Shown here piece after piece: positions 1 to 8,722 of a stretch of 64,000 nt of DNA. The position numbers and the translations under genes were made by a program. The notes beneath the pieces are model-generated. The model was not told the origin of the DNA and ran no database searches. It saw only the letters and a list, made by a program, of their open reading frames with translations. Positions within the stretch are counted from its first letter, which is position 1. Each line of letters begins with the position of its first letter. The stretch covers positions 856-64,855 of the forward strand of contig JADHRR010000003.1 in assembly GCA_016777305.1 (NCBI GenBank), given 5' to 3'. This DNA comes from Flavobacteriaceae bacterium. Its GTDB lineage: Bacteria > Bacteroidota > Bacteroidia > Flavobacteriales > Flavobacteriaceae.

Positions 1-1183
1 CAACTTGAAAATCAACAACTAATTTGTGTCCTTCATCATTAAATCTCTTGTCAAAATTAAGTGAATATTCATAATTTTCATCTTTGGAAGATTCGTTTTC
101 TAACCTAAAAGTTTCATTAACTATATTTTGACTACTATCTAATTCTAAGGTCGTATTTTCATTTAGGTTATTTCCATCAGAATTGCTTAACAAAAATGAT
201 GTTGTTATTGATGTATTATCATTAATGTACCATTCTAAACCAGTATTTGTAAATAAACTATTATTTTGTCTTTCCCAGTCTCTGTTATCTCTAATGTAAG
301 AGCTTTCATCATCACCATTATAGTACTCTGAATAAGCATAAGAATCTCCTATTCTAAGTCTATCACTTAAACCAGTGGAATTAAAAATATTAACATCCCC
401 AGTCCTGTAATTAAGGTTTGTAGAAACTCCTGAACTTTTGGGGTCTCCAATATTTGCATTTACTGTTCCGTTAAAACCTAATAATTTATTCCTTCTTAAG
501 ATTATATTTATTATTCCTCCATTTCCTTGTGCATCATATCTTGCTGATGGTGAAGTTATTACCTCAACTTTTTCAATTGATTCAGATGGTAGTTGCCTAA
601 GTGCCTCAGCTGAGTTTAAACCTACTAAACCAGATGGTTTTCCATTAATCAAAATTCTTACATCTTCACTGCCTCTAAGTGCTACATTACCTTCAACATC
701 GACTGAAATTGATGGCACATTATCTAATACATCACTAACTGAACCACCTTTAACAGTTAAGTCTCTTCCAACAGTGTATATTTTTTTGTCAAGTCTAATA
801 TCGACAGTGGTATTTTCTGCAATAATTTCAACTTCATCTAATGATTCAATATCTATAAGTAATTCGATATTATTTAATTCAATATTTTTTGAAATATTTA
901 TATCATTTAAAAAATAATTTTTATAAGAAATATACTCAACCATCAAATTATAAATTCCTTTATTAACTGACATGACGTAGTTTCCATTATTATCAGTTAA
1001 TCCACCAGTAACTATACTATTGTCTTTAATGTTCAGTAATGTTACGGTAGCGTATTCTAAGGGCTCTTTATTCTCAGACTCTAGAATTGTACCAGTAATT
1101 TTAAACTCCTGTGAATTCCATTGTGAAAGTATACTATTAATGCTTATTATTGAAATAAAAAAAGATAGAAATAAATTCTTCAT
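1..1183 (-). CDS. TonB-dependent outer-membrane receptor, N-terminal part (gene continues beyond window start)
   Basis: Not in the ORF track because it has no stop inside the window. I translated the minus strand from ATG 1183. It gives MKNLFLSFFISIISINSILSQ (signal peptide), then a carboxypeptidase-regulatory-like segment (FKITGTILESENKEPLEYATVTLL..GNYVMSVNKGIYNLMVEYISY). A plug-like segment follows (VLDNVPSISVDVEGNVALRGSEDVRILINGKPSGL..IEKVEVITSPSARYDAQGNGGIINIILRR). The + strand ORF 438..917 is its antisense shadow. Confidence 0.85.
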   Translation of the reverse strand, partial: MKNLFLSFFISIISINSILSQWNSQEFKITGTILESENKEPLEYATVTLLNIKDNSIVTGGLTDNNGNYVMSVNKGIYNLMVEYISYKNYFLNDINISKNIELNNIELLIDIESLDEVEIIAENTTVDIRLDKKIYTVGRDLTVKGGSVSDVLDNVPSISVDVEGNVALRGSEDVRILINGKPSGLVGLNSAEALRQLPSESIEKVEVITSPSARYDAQGNGGIINIILRRNKLLGFNGTVNANIGDPKSSGVSTNLNYRTGDVNIFNSTGLSDRLRIGDSYAYSEYYNGDDESSYIRDNRDWERQNNSLFTNTGLEWYINDNTSITTSFLLSNSDGNNLNENTTLELDSSQNIVNETFRLENESSKDENYEYSLNFDKRFNDEGHKLVVDFQV

Positions 1184-1198
1184 TGATATAGTTTTTTA

Positions 1199-1206
1199 CA
1201 AACTTA
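1199..1206 (-). promoter_or_regulatory. candidate Bacteroidota sigma-A -7 box (TAAGTTTG) for the TonB-dependent receptor gene
   Basis: The minus strand reads TAAGTTTG, matching the TAnnTTTG consensus. Its G lies 15 nt upstream of ATG 1183. Confidence 0.4.
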
Positions 1207-1240
1207 TATCCAAGATTTATATAAAATAGTTAAAAGTATG

Positions 1241-1591
1241 TTAATTTGATTTTAAGAACTCAATTAACTTTTCAATGGGCCTGCCAATTATAGCTTTATC
1301 TGAATTTTCAATAATAGGTCTTTCAATTAGTTTGGGATTTGAAACTAATATTTTAATAATATCCAGTTTTGAATGATCTTGTTTTTTAAATTTATCTTTC
1401 CAAATAATTTCATTTTTTCTTAATAGCTTTATGGGGTCGATATTAAGTTTACTGATTAGTATTGTCATTTCATCAATCGATAAATTCTCTTTTAAATATT
1501 CGATTATTGTGAATTTAATTTTTTTTTCTGTTAAATATTGAACAGCTTCTCTAGATTTTTTGCATCTGTTATTGTGATAAATTTTAATCAT
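1241..1591 (-). CDS. ArsC/Spx-family redox protein (YffB-like)
   Basis: 116 aa. The N-terminus MIKIYHNNRCKKSREAVQYL has the single Cys context typical of the ArsC family. It starts 1 nt downstream of the prfB stop. Confidence 0.7.
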   Translation of the reverse strand: MIKIYHNNRCKKSREAVQYLTEKKIKFTIIEYLKENLSIDEMTILISKLNIDPIKLLRKNEIIWKDKFKKQDHSKLDIIKILVSNPKLIERPIIENSDKAIIGRPIEKLIEFLKSN

Positions 1592-1592
1592 A

Positions 1593-2700
1593 TTATAATT
1601 CGTTTGTTTTTTTAGTTTGCCCTGACATCATTAAAAATGATTTTAAAAAGGGTTTTATTTCCCCATCCAAAACAGCATCAATATTTCCTGTCTCATGACC
1701 TGTTCTAACATCTTTAATAAGTTTATATGGGTGAAGAACATAATTTCTAATTTGACTACCCCATTCAATTTTCATTTTTCCAGCTTCTATGTCTGATCTT
1801 TCTTCTTGCTGTTTTTTTATTTCAATTTCATATAATTGAGATTTTAACATTTGTAAGGCTCTAGATCTATTGTCATGTTGTGATCTAGTTTCTGAACAGG
1901 ATATTTTAATTCCAGTTGGTTTATGCGTTAGTTGAACTTTAGTTTCAACCTTATTAACATTTTGTCCTCCAGCGCCACTAGACCTTGCAGTTGTAATTTC
2001 AAGATCTGCCGGATTGATTTCGATTTCAATTGAATCATCAACAAGCGGATACACATAGACTGAAGCAAAACTGGTGTGTCTTTTAGCGTTACTATCAAAC
2101 GGAGAAATTCTAACTAACCTATGGACACCATTTTCCCCTTTTAGCCAGCCAAAAGAAAATTCCCCTTCAATTTGTAATGTTACTGTTTTTATACCGGCAA
2201 CATCTCCATCTTGTAAATTAAGCTCTGTTAATTTAAAATTATTTTTTTGACAATACATGATATACATCCTCATTAACATTTGAGCCCAATCGCAGCTTTC
2301 GGTTCCTCCAGCTCCAGCAGTAATTTGAAGAACAGCGCTCATGCTATCACTTTTTTCAGAGAGCATATTTTTGAATTCTAATTCCTCAAGAAAATCTAAA
2401 CAAGACTTATAATTTTCAATAATTTCATTATCTGTCGACTCACCTTGTTTATAAAATTCTATTAAAACTTCTATATCATTGATTTGATCTTGAAGCTTAT
2501 TATAATCTTCTAACCATTTTTTATTAAAGCGTAGTTCTTTTAGTAAAATCTCAGCAGCTTTTGAATCATTCCAGAAGTTTGGATCAAAAGTTTTTTCTTC
2601 TTGATTCTGAATTTGAATCTTCTTAACATCTAAGTCAAAGATACCTCCTTAACGCACCAAGGCGATCTTGAAGATTTTTAAATTGATCTGTAGTTATCAT
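1593..2700 (-). CDS. prfB: peptide chain release factor 2, expressed via programmed +1 frameshift (frame 0: 2700..2638; +1 frame: 2636..1593)
   Basis: The ORF track shows only a 257-aa fragment (1593..2366). The same frame stays open upstream to 2636. A 21-codon frame-0 ORF ([21 protein letters not shown]) from ATG 2700 ends at CTT TGA C. The joined product has the RF2 hallmarks SPF (RISPFDS), GGQ ([11 protein letters not shown]) and [17 protein letters not shown]. Confidence 0.93.
2634..2649 (-). promoter_or_regulatory. RF2 autoregulatory +1 frameshift site: AGGAGG-TAT-CTT-TGA-C
   Basis: The minus strand reads AGGAGGTATCTTTGAC. It has an SD-like AGGAGG (2649..2644), a 3-nt spacer, the slippery CTT (2640..2638) and an in-frame TGA (2637..2635) followed by C. 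This is the canonical prfB recoding cassette. Confidence 0.9.
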
Positions 2701-2822
2701 TTTTTACATATTATACTTTGCTAAACTACTATTATAATATTTGTCAAAAAATTATTTATTTCAGTTTTTGTTATTTTTTTGGAATAATTATTCGTTATTT
2801 TTATAATAAAATATATGTTCTC

Positions 2823-5252
2823 ATGAAAAATTTAATGCAACTTATTACCTTTTTATTGTTTTTTAGTGGATTTTCACAGTCTATTTTGGATAAAGATTTA
2901 GTGAAATATGAAGGTTTTTTTGACTTTTACTATGATATTAAGACTGATAAAATTTATCTTGAAGTAGAAAATTTAAATTCTGATTTCCTGTACATAAGCT
3001 CATTGGCAACTGGAATTGGATCAAATGATATTGGGTTAGATAGAGGACAGTTGGGAAATGAAAGATTAGTTAGTTTTCAAAAATCAGGAAATAAACTACT
3101 TTTAATTCAGCCAAATTTATCATTTAGAGCAATCACTAAAAATAAAGCAGAAGAAAATAGTATTAAAGAAGCTTTTGCTAAGTCTGTTATTTATGGTTTT
3201 AAAATCTTAGAGACTAATAATGATAAATATTTAGTGGATTTTACTTCATTTTTAATGCAAGATAAGCATGGAGTCGCCGATAGATTAAAACTAGCTAAAC
3301 AAGGAGTTTACAAGATTGATAAAACAAAAAGTGCTATAGAACTTAACCACACAAAATCTTTTCCAAAAAATTCTGAATTTGAAGCATTACTTACTTTTTC
3401 AGGAAAACCAACAGGCAACCTTATAACAAGTGGAGTTTCACCAGACCCATCACTTGTTTCTGTTGTTCAACATCATTCTTTTATAGAACTACCTGATAAT
3501 GAATATAAACCAAGGGAATTTGATCCAAGAAGTGGTGCCCTAGCAATTTCTTTTATGGATTATGCAACACCCGTTGAGGATGAGATAACAAAAAAGTATA
3601 TCACTCGTCATAGATTAGAAAAAATAGACCCTAATCTTGAACACAGTGAAGCTAAAGAGCCAATCATATATTATTTAGACCCCGGAACACCTGAGCCTGT
3701 AAGGTCAGCATTAATTGAGGGTGCAAGTTGGTGGAATGAGGCTTATGAAGCTATAGGTTTTAAAAATGCTTTTCAAGTAAAAATATTACCAGATAATGCG
3801 GACCCTATGGATTGTAGATACAACGTTATTCAATGGGTTCATAGATCAACTAGAGGCTGGAGTTATGGAGCTAGCGTAGTTGACCCAAGAACTGGTGAAA
3901 TCATAAAAGGCCACGTAAGTCTAGGAAGTTTAAGAATTAGACAAGATTTTTTAATCGCACAAGCTTTATTATCAAAACCTTTTGTTGATGATAACAATAA
4001 TGACCCTATGCTAAAAATGGCAATTGCTAGAATTAAACAATTAAGTGCCCATGAAGTTGGTCATACAATTGGTTTTGCTCATAATTTTGCTGCTAGTACA
4101 AACAATCGTTCTTCAGTAATGGATTACCCACATCCATTGATTAAAATTACCAATGATGAAATTGATTTGAGTGAAGCTTATGCTGTAGGAATTGGGGATT
4201 GGGATAAGGTTTCCGTTGCTTACAGTTATTCGGAATTCAACTCTGAAAACGAAAAAAATGATTTAAATAATATTTTAGATAATGCTTATAATGATGGTTT
4301 AAGATTTATAACTGACTCAGATGCTAGAGCCAAAAGTGGCGCACATGCAAATGCTCATTTATGGGATAACGAAAATGATGTCGTAAAAGGATTAGATAAT
4401 ATATTGGCAGTCAGAGATAAAGCTATAAATGATTTTTCTAAATTCAATATTAAATCTTACGAAACATATAGCAAGCTTGAAGATGTTTTTGTTCCTTTAT
4501 ACTTTTTACATAGATATCAGACTGAAGCTGTTGTTAAATTAATTGCTGGTCTTGATTATAACTATGCTACTAGAGATGATAATCAAGCTTTGGTTGAAAA
4601 TGTTTCTTTTAACAGGCAAAATAACGCGTTATTATCTTTACTTAAAACCATAGATGTTAAAAATTTAGCTATCCCAAAATCAAAGTTAAAGTTATTCCCG
4701 CCTAGAGCTTATAATTATCCTAGATCTAGAGAGTCGTTTAAAAGTATGACTGGTGTGAGTTTTGATCCATTTAGCGCTGTTTCTACAGCAAGTGAAATGT
4801 CATTATCATTACTGCTTAGTCCAGAGAGAATGAACAGACTAGTTGTACAAAGTAGTTTGAATAATGCCTCATCTAAAAATATGAACTTAAGTCATTTACT
4901 AACGACTTTAACAAGTAACACTTTTAAAACACAATACAACCAAAGTGATAAAGCTACAAATAAATATTTTTTTGAAAATCAACAAGTGATTAATAATAAT
5001 TATCTTAAATTTTTATTAAATCTAGCTTCTAATAAAAAATCATTTTTTCATGTAAAGTCTAAAGCTAACAAAGAAATTAAAAGCATCACAAAGTTTTTGT
5101 CATCTAAAAAAAATAAAAACATTTATAGTTCAGAATATTTAAGGACTATAAATAAATTTAATACAAAACCTGAACTATTTGAACTAAAAAGTAGCCCAAA
5201 AATACCAGATGGTTCTCCAATAGGTTCTATACAATGTAATTTAATTAATTAA
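2823..5252 (+). CDS. secreted zinc metalloprotease (HExxH; Bacteroidota DUF5117/DUF4953-type family from memory)
   Basis: It has the zinc motif HEVGHTIGFAHNF. The internal ATG at 2823 gives a signal peptide, MKNLMQLITFLLFFSGFSQS. The 35 codons upstream in the ORF track (from 2718) look like non-coding AT-rich read-through. Confidence 0.8.
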   Translation: MKNLMQLITFLLFFSGFSQSILDKDLVKYEGFFDFYYDIKTDKIYLEVENLNSDFLYISSLATGIGSNDIGLDRGQLGNERLVSFQKSGNKLLLIQPNLSFRAITKNKAEENSIKEAFAKSVIYGFKILETNNDKYLVDFTSFLMQDKHGVADRLKLAKQGVYKIDKTKSAIELNHTKSFPKNSEFEALLTFSGKPTGNLITSGVSPDPSLVSVVQHHSFIELPDNEYKPREFDPRSGALAISFMDYATPVEDEITKKYITRHRLEKIDPNLEHSEAKEPIIYYLDPGTPEPVRSALIEGASWWNEAYEAIGFKNAFQVKILPDNADPMDCRYNVIQWVHRSTRGWSYGASVVDPRTGEIIKGHVSLGSLRIRQDFLIAQALLSKPFVDDNNNDPMLKMAIARIKQLSAHEVGHTIGFAHNFAASTNNRSSVMDYPHPLIKITNDEIDLSEAYAVGIGDWDKVSVAYSYSEFNSENEKNDLNNILDNAYNDGLRFITDSDARAKSGAHANAHLWDNENDVVKGLDNILAVRDKAINDFSKFNIKSYETYSKLEDVFVPLYFLHRYQTEAVVKLIAGLDYNYATRDDNQALVENVSFNRQNNALLSLLKTIDVKNLAIPKSKLKLFPPRAYNYPRSRESFKSMTGVSFDPFSAVSTASEMSLSLLLSPERMNRLVVQSSLNNASSKNMNLSHLLTTLTSNTFKTQYNQSDKATNKYFFENQQVINNNYLKFLLNLASNKKSFFHVKSKANKEIKSITKFLSSKKNKNIYSSEYLRTINKFNTKPELFELKSSPKIPDGSPIGSIQCNLIN

Positions 5253-5253
5253 C

Positions 5254-6273
5254 ATGATAGTAGATTTAAGAAGTGATACAGTAACATTACCTTCCAAAGA
5301 TATGCTCCAATTTATGATGAGCTCAAATGTTGGAGATGATGTTTATGGAGAAGACCCTACTGTTAATTTATTGCAAAGTAAAGTTGCTGCAATTTTTGGT
5401 AAAGAAGTTGGAATGTTTTTTCCATCTGGTACAATGGCAAATCAGACAGCAATAAAATTACATACAAATCCTGGTGAACAGGTAATATGTGATAAATATT
5501 CGCATATCTACAATTACGAAGGTGGGGGAGCTTCATTTAACAGTGGAGTTTCATTTAAATTAATTAATGGTGAAAGAGGAATGTTTACTAGTGAACAAGC
5601 TGCCAATTCAATTAATCCAAAGGATTTTTATCATAGCCCTCTAAGCAGTCTTATTGCAATCGAAAATACTACAAACAAAGGCGGTGGTGCTTGTTGGGAT
5701 AATAAAGAATTAATTAAAATTAATAAGATCGCTAAATCGAATAATTTAGGTATGCATTTAGATGGTGCTAGAATATGGAATGCTATGGTTAGAACAGGTG
5801 ATAATCCTATAAAAATCGGTAAAAATTTTGATACAATTTCTGTTTGTCTAAGTAAAGGTTTGGGTTGTCCAATAGGTTCCGTCTTAATAGGGGATAAAAA
5901 AATTATGAGTAATGCGTTAAGAATTCGAAAAATTTTAGGCGGTGGTATGAGACAAGCTGGATATTTGGCTAATGCAGGTTTATACGCTTTAGAAAATAAT
6001 ATTAATAGACTTGCAGATGATCATAAGAAAGCAAGTGAAATTGGTGAAGTTCTAGAGAAATCTAAATTTGTTAAATCCGTTGAAAAAATTGAGACTAATA
6101 TTGTTATTTTTGAACTATATAACGAGATTAATGAGGTTTCTTTTATAAATAAGTTAAATGAATTAAATATTAAATTAATTTCCATGGGAAGTAATAAGTT
6201 AAGGCTAGTAACTCATTTAAACTATAACAATGATCATCATGAATATTTTATTTCATCAATTAAATCCCTTTAA
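5254..6273 (+). CDS. ltaE: low-specificity L-threonine aldolase
   Basis: N-terminus DLRSDTVTLPS..GDDVYGEDPTVN, followed by GTMANQ and a CLSKGLG PLP-lysine region. 339 aa. It starts 1 nt after the upstream stop. Confidence 0.85.
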   Translation: MIVDLRSDTVTLPSKDMLQFMMSSNVGDDVYGEDPTVNLLQSKVAAIFGKEVGMFFPSGTMANQTAIKLHTNPGEQVICDKYSHIYNYEGGGASFNSGVSFKLINGERGMFTSEQAANSINPKDFYHSPLSSLIAIENTTNKGGGACWDNKELIKINKIAKSNNLGMHLDGARIWNAMVRTGDNPIKIGKNFDTISVCLSKGLGCPIGSVLIGDKKIMSNALRIRKILGGGMRQAGYLANAGLYALENNINRLADDHKKASEIGEVLEKSKFVKSVEKIETNIVIFELYNEINEVSFINKLNELNIKLISMGSNKLRLVTHLNYNNDHHEYFISSIKSL

Positions 6274-6358
6274 ACTTATTAATACAATAATTAAATTTTA
6301 TTTTCATTGAATTTTTCTATAAATAAGATTGTATTTCGTGAATTAAAAAAAAAACACT

Positions 6359-6366
6359 TATTTTTG
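6359..6366 (+). promoter_or_regulatory. candidate -7 box (TATTTTTG) upstream of the CBS-like/AONS-like gene pair
   Basis: Matches TAnnTTTG. An imperfect -33 element (TTTC, 6334..6337) lies 21 nt upstream. The G is 54 nt upstream of ATG 6421. Confidence 0.35.
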
Positions 6367-6420
6367 CATTTGTTATTGTTAAAAGTCAGTTTATTTAACA
6401 TTATTATGTTTTTAAAATAA

Positions 6421-7461
6421 ATGAAAAAACACAAATCAGTATTTAATAACGTTTTACAATTAATAGGAGAAACCCCTCTAGTTAAACTAAACAAAATAAC
6501 TTCAAATTTTAATGGCGAATTTTATGCCAAATTAGAATCTTTTAATCCAGGTCATTCTTCCAAAGATAGAATTGCCTTATTTATTATTGAGGAAGCAGAA
6601 AGAAAAGGTATAATTAAACCTGGAGATACTATCATAGAAACTACGTCTGGAAATACAGGATTTAGTATAGCTATGATAAGCATAATTAAGGGTTATGATT
6701 GTATTTTAGCAGTCAGCTCTAAATCCTCTTCTGATAAAATAGATATGTTAAAAACCATGGGTGCTAAAGTTTATGTCTGCCCTGCAAATGTGAGTGCAGA
6801 TGATCCAAGATCATATTATGAAGTTGCAAAAAGATTAAATCAAGAAATCAAAGGATCTGTTTATATTAATCAATATTTTAATGATTTAAATATTGAAGCA
6901 CACTACAAAACTACTGGCCCAGAAATATGGACTCAAACTCAAGGTAAAATAACTCACTTAATTGCTTGTAGTGGAACTGGAGGAACAATTTCAGGTGTTT
7001 CTAAATTTTTAAAAGAAAAAAATCCTAACATTAAAATATTAGGCGTAGATGCTTACGGCTCAGTGCTAAAAAAATATCATGAAACTAAGGAATTTGATGA
7101 AAAGGAAATTTACCCATACAGAATTGAGGGACTTGGTAAAAACTTAATCCCTTCAGCTACAAACTTTAATCTCATTGATAAGTTTATAAAAGTAAAAGAT
7201 GAAGATAGTGCTCATACTGCTAGGGAATTAGCTAAAACTGAAGGACTTTTTGTCGGGTACACAAGTGGTGCAGCTGTTCAAGCTGTAAAACAATTTGCCT
7301 CAAATAATGAGTTTAAGTCTGATGATTTGATTGTTGTTATTTTTCCTGATCATGGTTCTAGGTATTTAAGTAAAATATATAGTGATAAATGGATGGAAAC
7401 TCAAGGATTTTTTGACAGTGAACATGAAAAAACCATAGAAAAAATCCAGTATATAAAATAA
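6421..7461 (+). CDS. PLP-dependent cysteine synthase / cystathionine-beta-synthase-like enzyme (no CBS domains); candidate cysteate synthase (CapA-like)
   Basis: It has the PLP-lysine motif NPGHSSKDR and the TSGNTG loop of fold-type II PLP enzymes. At 346 aa it is longer than a typical CysK. It lies 4-7 nt upstream of an AONS-family gene. Confidence 0.8.
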   Translation: MKKHKSVFNNVLQLIGETPLVKLNKITSNFNGEFYAKLESFNPGHSSKDRIALFIIEEAERKGIIKPGDTIIETTSGNTGFSIAMISIIKGYDCILAVSSKSSSDKIDMLKTMGAKVYVCPANVSADDPRSYYEVAKRLNQEIKGSVYINQYFNDLNIEAHYKTTGPEIWTQTQGKITHLIACSGTGGTISGVSKFLKEKNPNIKILGVDAYGSVLKKYHETKEFDEKEIYPYRIEGLGKNLIPSATNFNLIDKFIKVKDEDSAHTARELAKTEGLFVGYTSGAAVQAVKQFASNNEFKSDDLIVVIFPDHGSRYLSKIYSDKWMETQGFFDSEHEKTIEKIQYIK

Positions 7462-7468
7462 TTTATTG

Positions 7469-8722
7469 ATGAGAGATTTATTTGAAAGAATTTATAACGA
7501 TAAAGGCCCTCTTGGTAAATGGGCTTCAATAGCTGAGGGTTATTTTGCTTTCCCTAAATTAGAAGGTGCTATTTCAAATAGAATGAAATTTCGAGGCAAA
7601 GAAGTCATAACATGGAGTGTTAATGATTATTTAGGCTTGGCTAATCACCCTGAAGTAAGAAAAGTTGATGCAGAAGCTGCATTAAAATATGGATCTGCTT
7701 ATCCAATGGGTGCTAGATTAATGTCTGGACACACGGATTTACATGAAAAACTTCAAGATGAGTTAGCTGAGTTTGTAAATAAAGAATCTGCTTACCTATT
7801 AAATTTTGGTTATCAGGGTATCATGTCAACAATAGATTCTTTAGTCTCTAAAAATGATATTATTGTATACGATGTAGATTCTCATGCATGCATAATTGAT
7901 GGTGTAAGACTTCATATGGGTAAAAGATTTACTTACAAGCACAATGATATAGAAAGTCTTGAAAAAAACCTTGGAAGAGCCACTAAAATGGCTGAAATCA
8001 CAGGTGGTGGTATTTTAGTAATTTCAGAAGGTGTTTTTGGTATGAGAGGTGAGCAAGGTAAGTTAAAGGAGATTGTTGCATTAAAACAAAAGTTTAACTT
8101 TAGGTTATTAGTTGATGATGCTCATGGTTTTGGAACTTTAGGAAAAACTGGAGCTGGTGCAGGAGAAGAACAAGGAGTTCAAGATGAAATTGATGTCTAT
8201 TTTGCAACTTTTGCTAAATCATTAGCTAGTACTGGCGCTTTTATTGCCGCTGATAAAGAAGTTATTGATTTTTTGAAATATAATTTAAGATCCCAAGTAT
8301 TTGCAAAATCTTTACAAATGCAATTAGTTGTAGGTGCATTAAAAAGGTTAGAGTTAATAAGGACTAAACCTGAAATAAAACAAAAACTTTGGGATAATGT
8401 ACACGAATTACAATCTGGTTTAAAGAAAAAAGGTTTTGATCTTGGGTCTACTCAAAGTTGTGTAACTCCTGTTTATTTAAACGGTACAGTTCCCGAAGCA
8501 TTTGCTTTAGTTAAAGATTTAAGGGAAAATTATGGTGTATTTTGTTCAACTGTAATATATCCGGTTATTCCAAAGGGTTTAATCCTACTAAGGCTAATAC
8601 CAACAGCATCTCATAACTCAAAAGATATTCAAGAGACACTTGAAGCATTTTCTTCTATAAGAGAAAGATTGCTTTCAGGAGTTTATAAGAAACTTTCAGA
8701 AAATTTACCTACTCTAGACTAG
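7469..8722 (+). CDS. alpha-oxoamine synthase family acyltransferase (Kbl/BioF/serine-palmitoyltransferase-like); candidate cysteate-C-fatty-acyltransferase (CapB-like)
   Basis: About 417 aa with WSVNDYLGLANHP, DDAHGFG and a PLP lysine in ATFAKSLAS. ATG 7469 directly follows the TTG at 7466 that the ORF track used. Confidence 0.8.
   Translation: MRDLFERIYNDKGPLGKWASIAEGYFAFPKLEGAISNRMKFRGKEVITWSVNDYLGLANHPEVRKVDAEAALKYGSAYPMGARLMSGHTDLHEKLQDELAEFVNKESAYLLNFGYQGIMSTIDSLVSKNDIIVYDVDSHACIIDGVRLHMGKRFTYKHNDIESLEKNLGRATKMAEITGGGILVISEGVFGMRGEQGKLKEIVALKQKFNFRLLVDDAHGFGTLGKTGAGAGEEQGVQDEIDVYFATFAKSLASTGAFIAADKEVIDFLKYNLRSQVFAKSLQMQLVVGALKRLELIRTKPEIKQKLWDNVHELQSGLKKKGFDLGSTQSCVTPVYLNGTVPEAFALVKDLRENYGVFCSTVIYPVIPKGLILLRLIPTASHNSKDIQETLEAFSSIRERLLSGVYKKLSENLPTLD

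Noticed and set aside
438-917. 159-aa + strand ORF with low-complexity Ser/Thr/Ile-rich translation
   Set aside because: It lies entirely antisense to the TonB-dependent receptor gene, whose translation shows clear domain motifs. It is a shadow ORF.
6345-6354. A10 homopolymer between the putative -33 and -7 elements upstream of the CBS-like gene (possible phase-variable spacer)
   Set aside because: Homopolymeric A/T runs of this length are common throughout this AT-rich sequence, including inside coding regions such as 19823..19831. There is no evidence for slipped-strand regulation.
6274-6420. Possible riboswitch or leader upstream of the sulfur-metabolism-like gene pair
   Set aside because: The 147-nt spacer is almost pure A/T with no conserved GC-paired helices. 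It does not resemble the SAM, SAH or other riboswitch cores I know.
6291-6494. 67-aa minus-strand ORF across the ltaE / CBS-like intergenic region
   Set aside because: It overlaps the promoter region and the 5' end of the CBS-like gene. Its translation is AT-rich and nonsensical, and it has no support.
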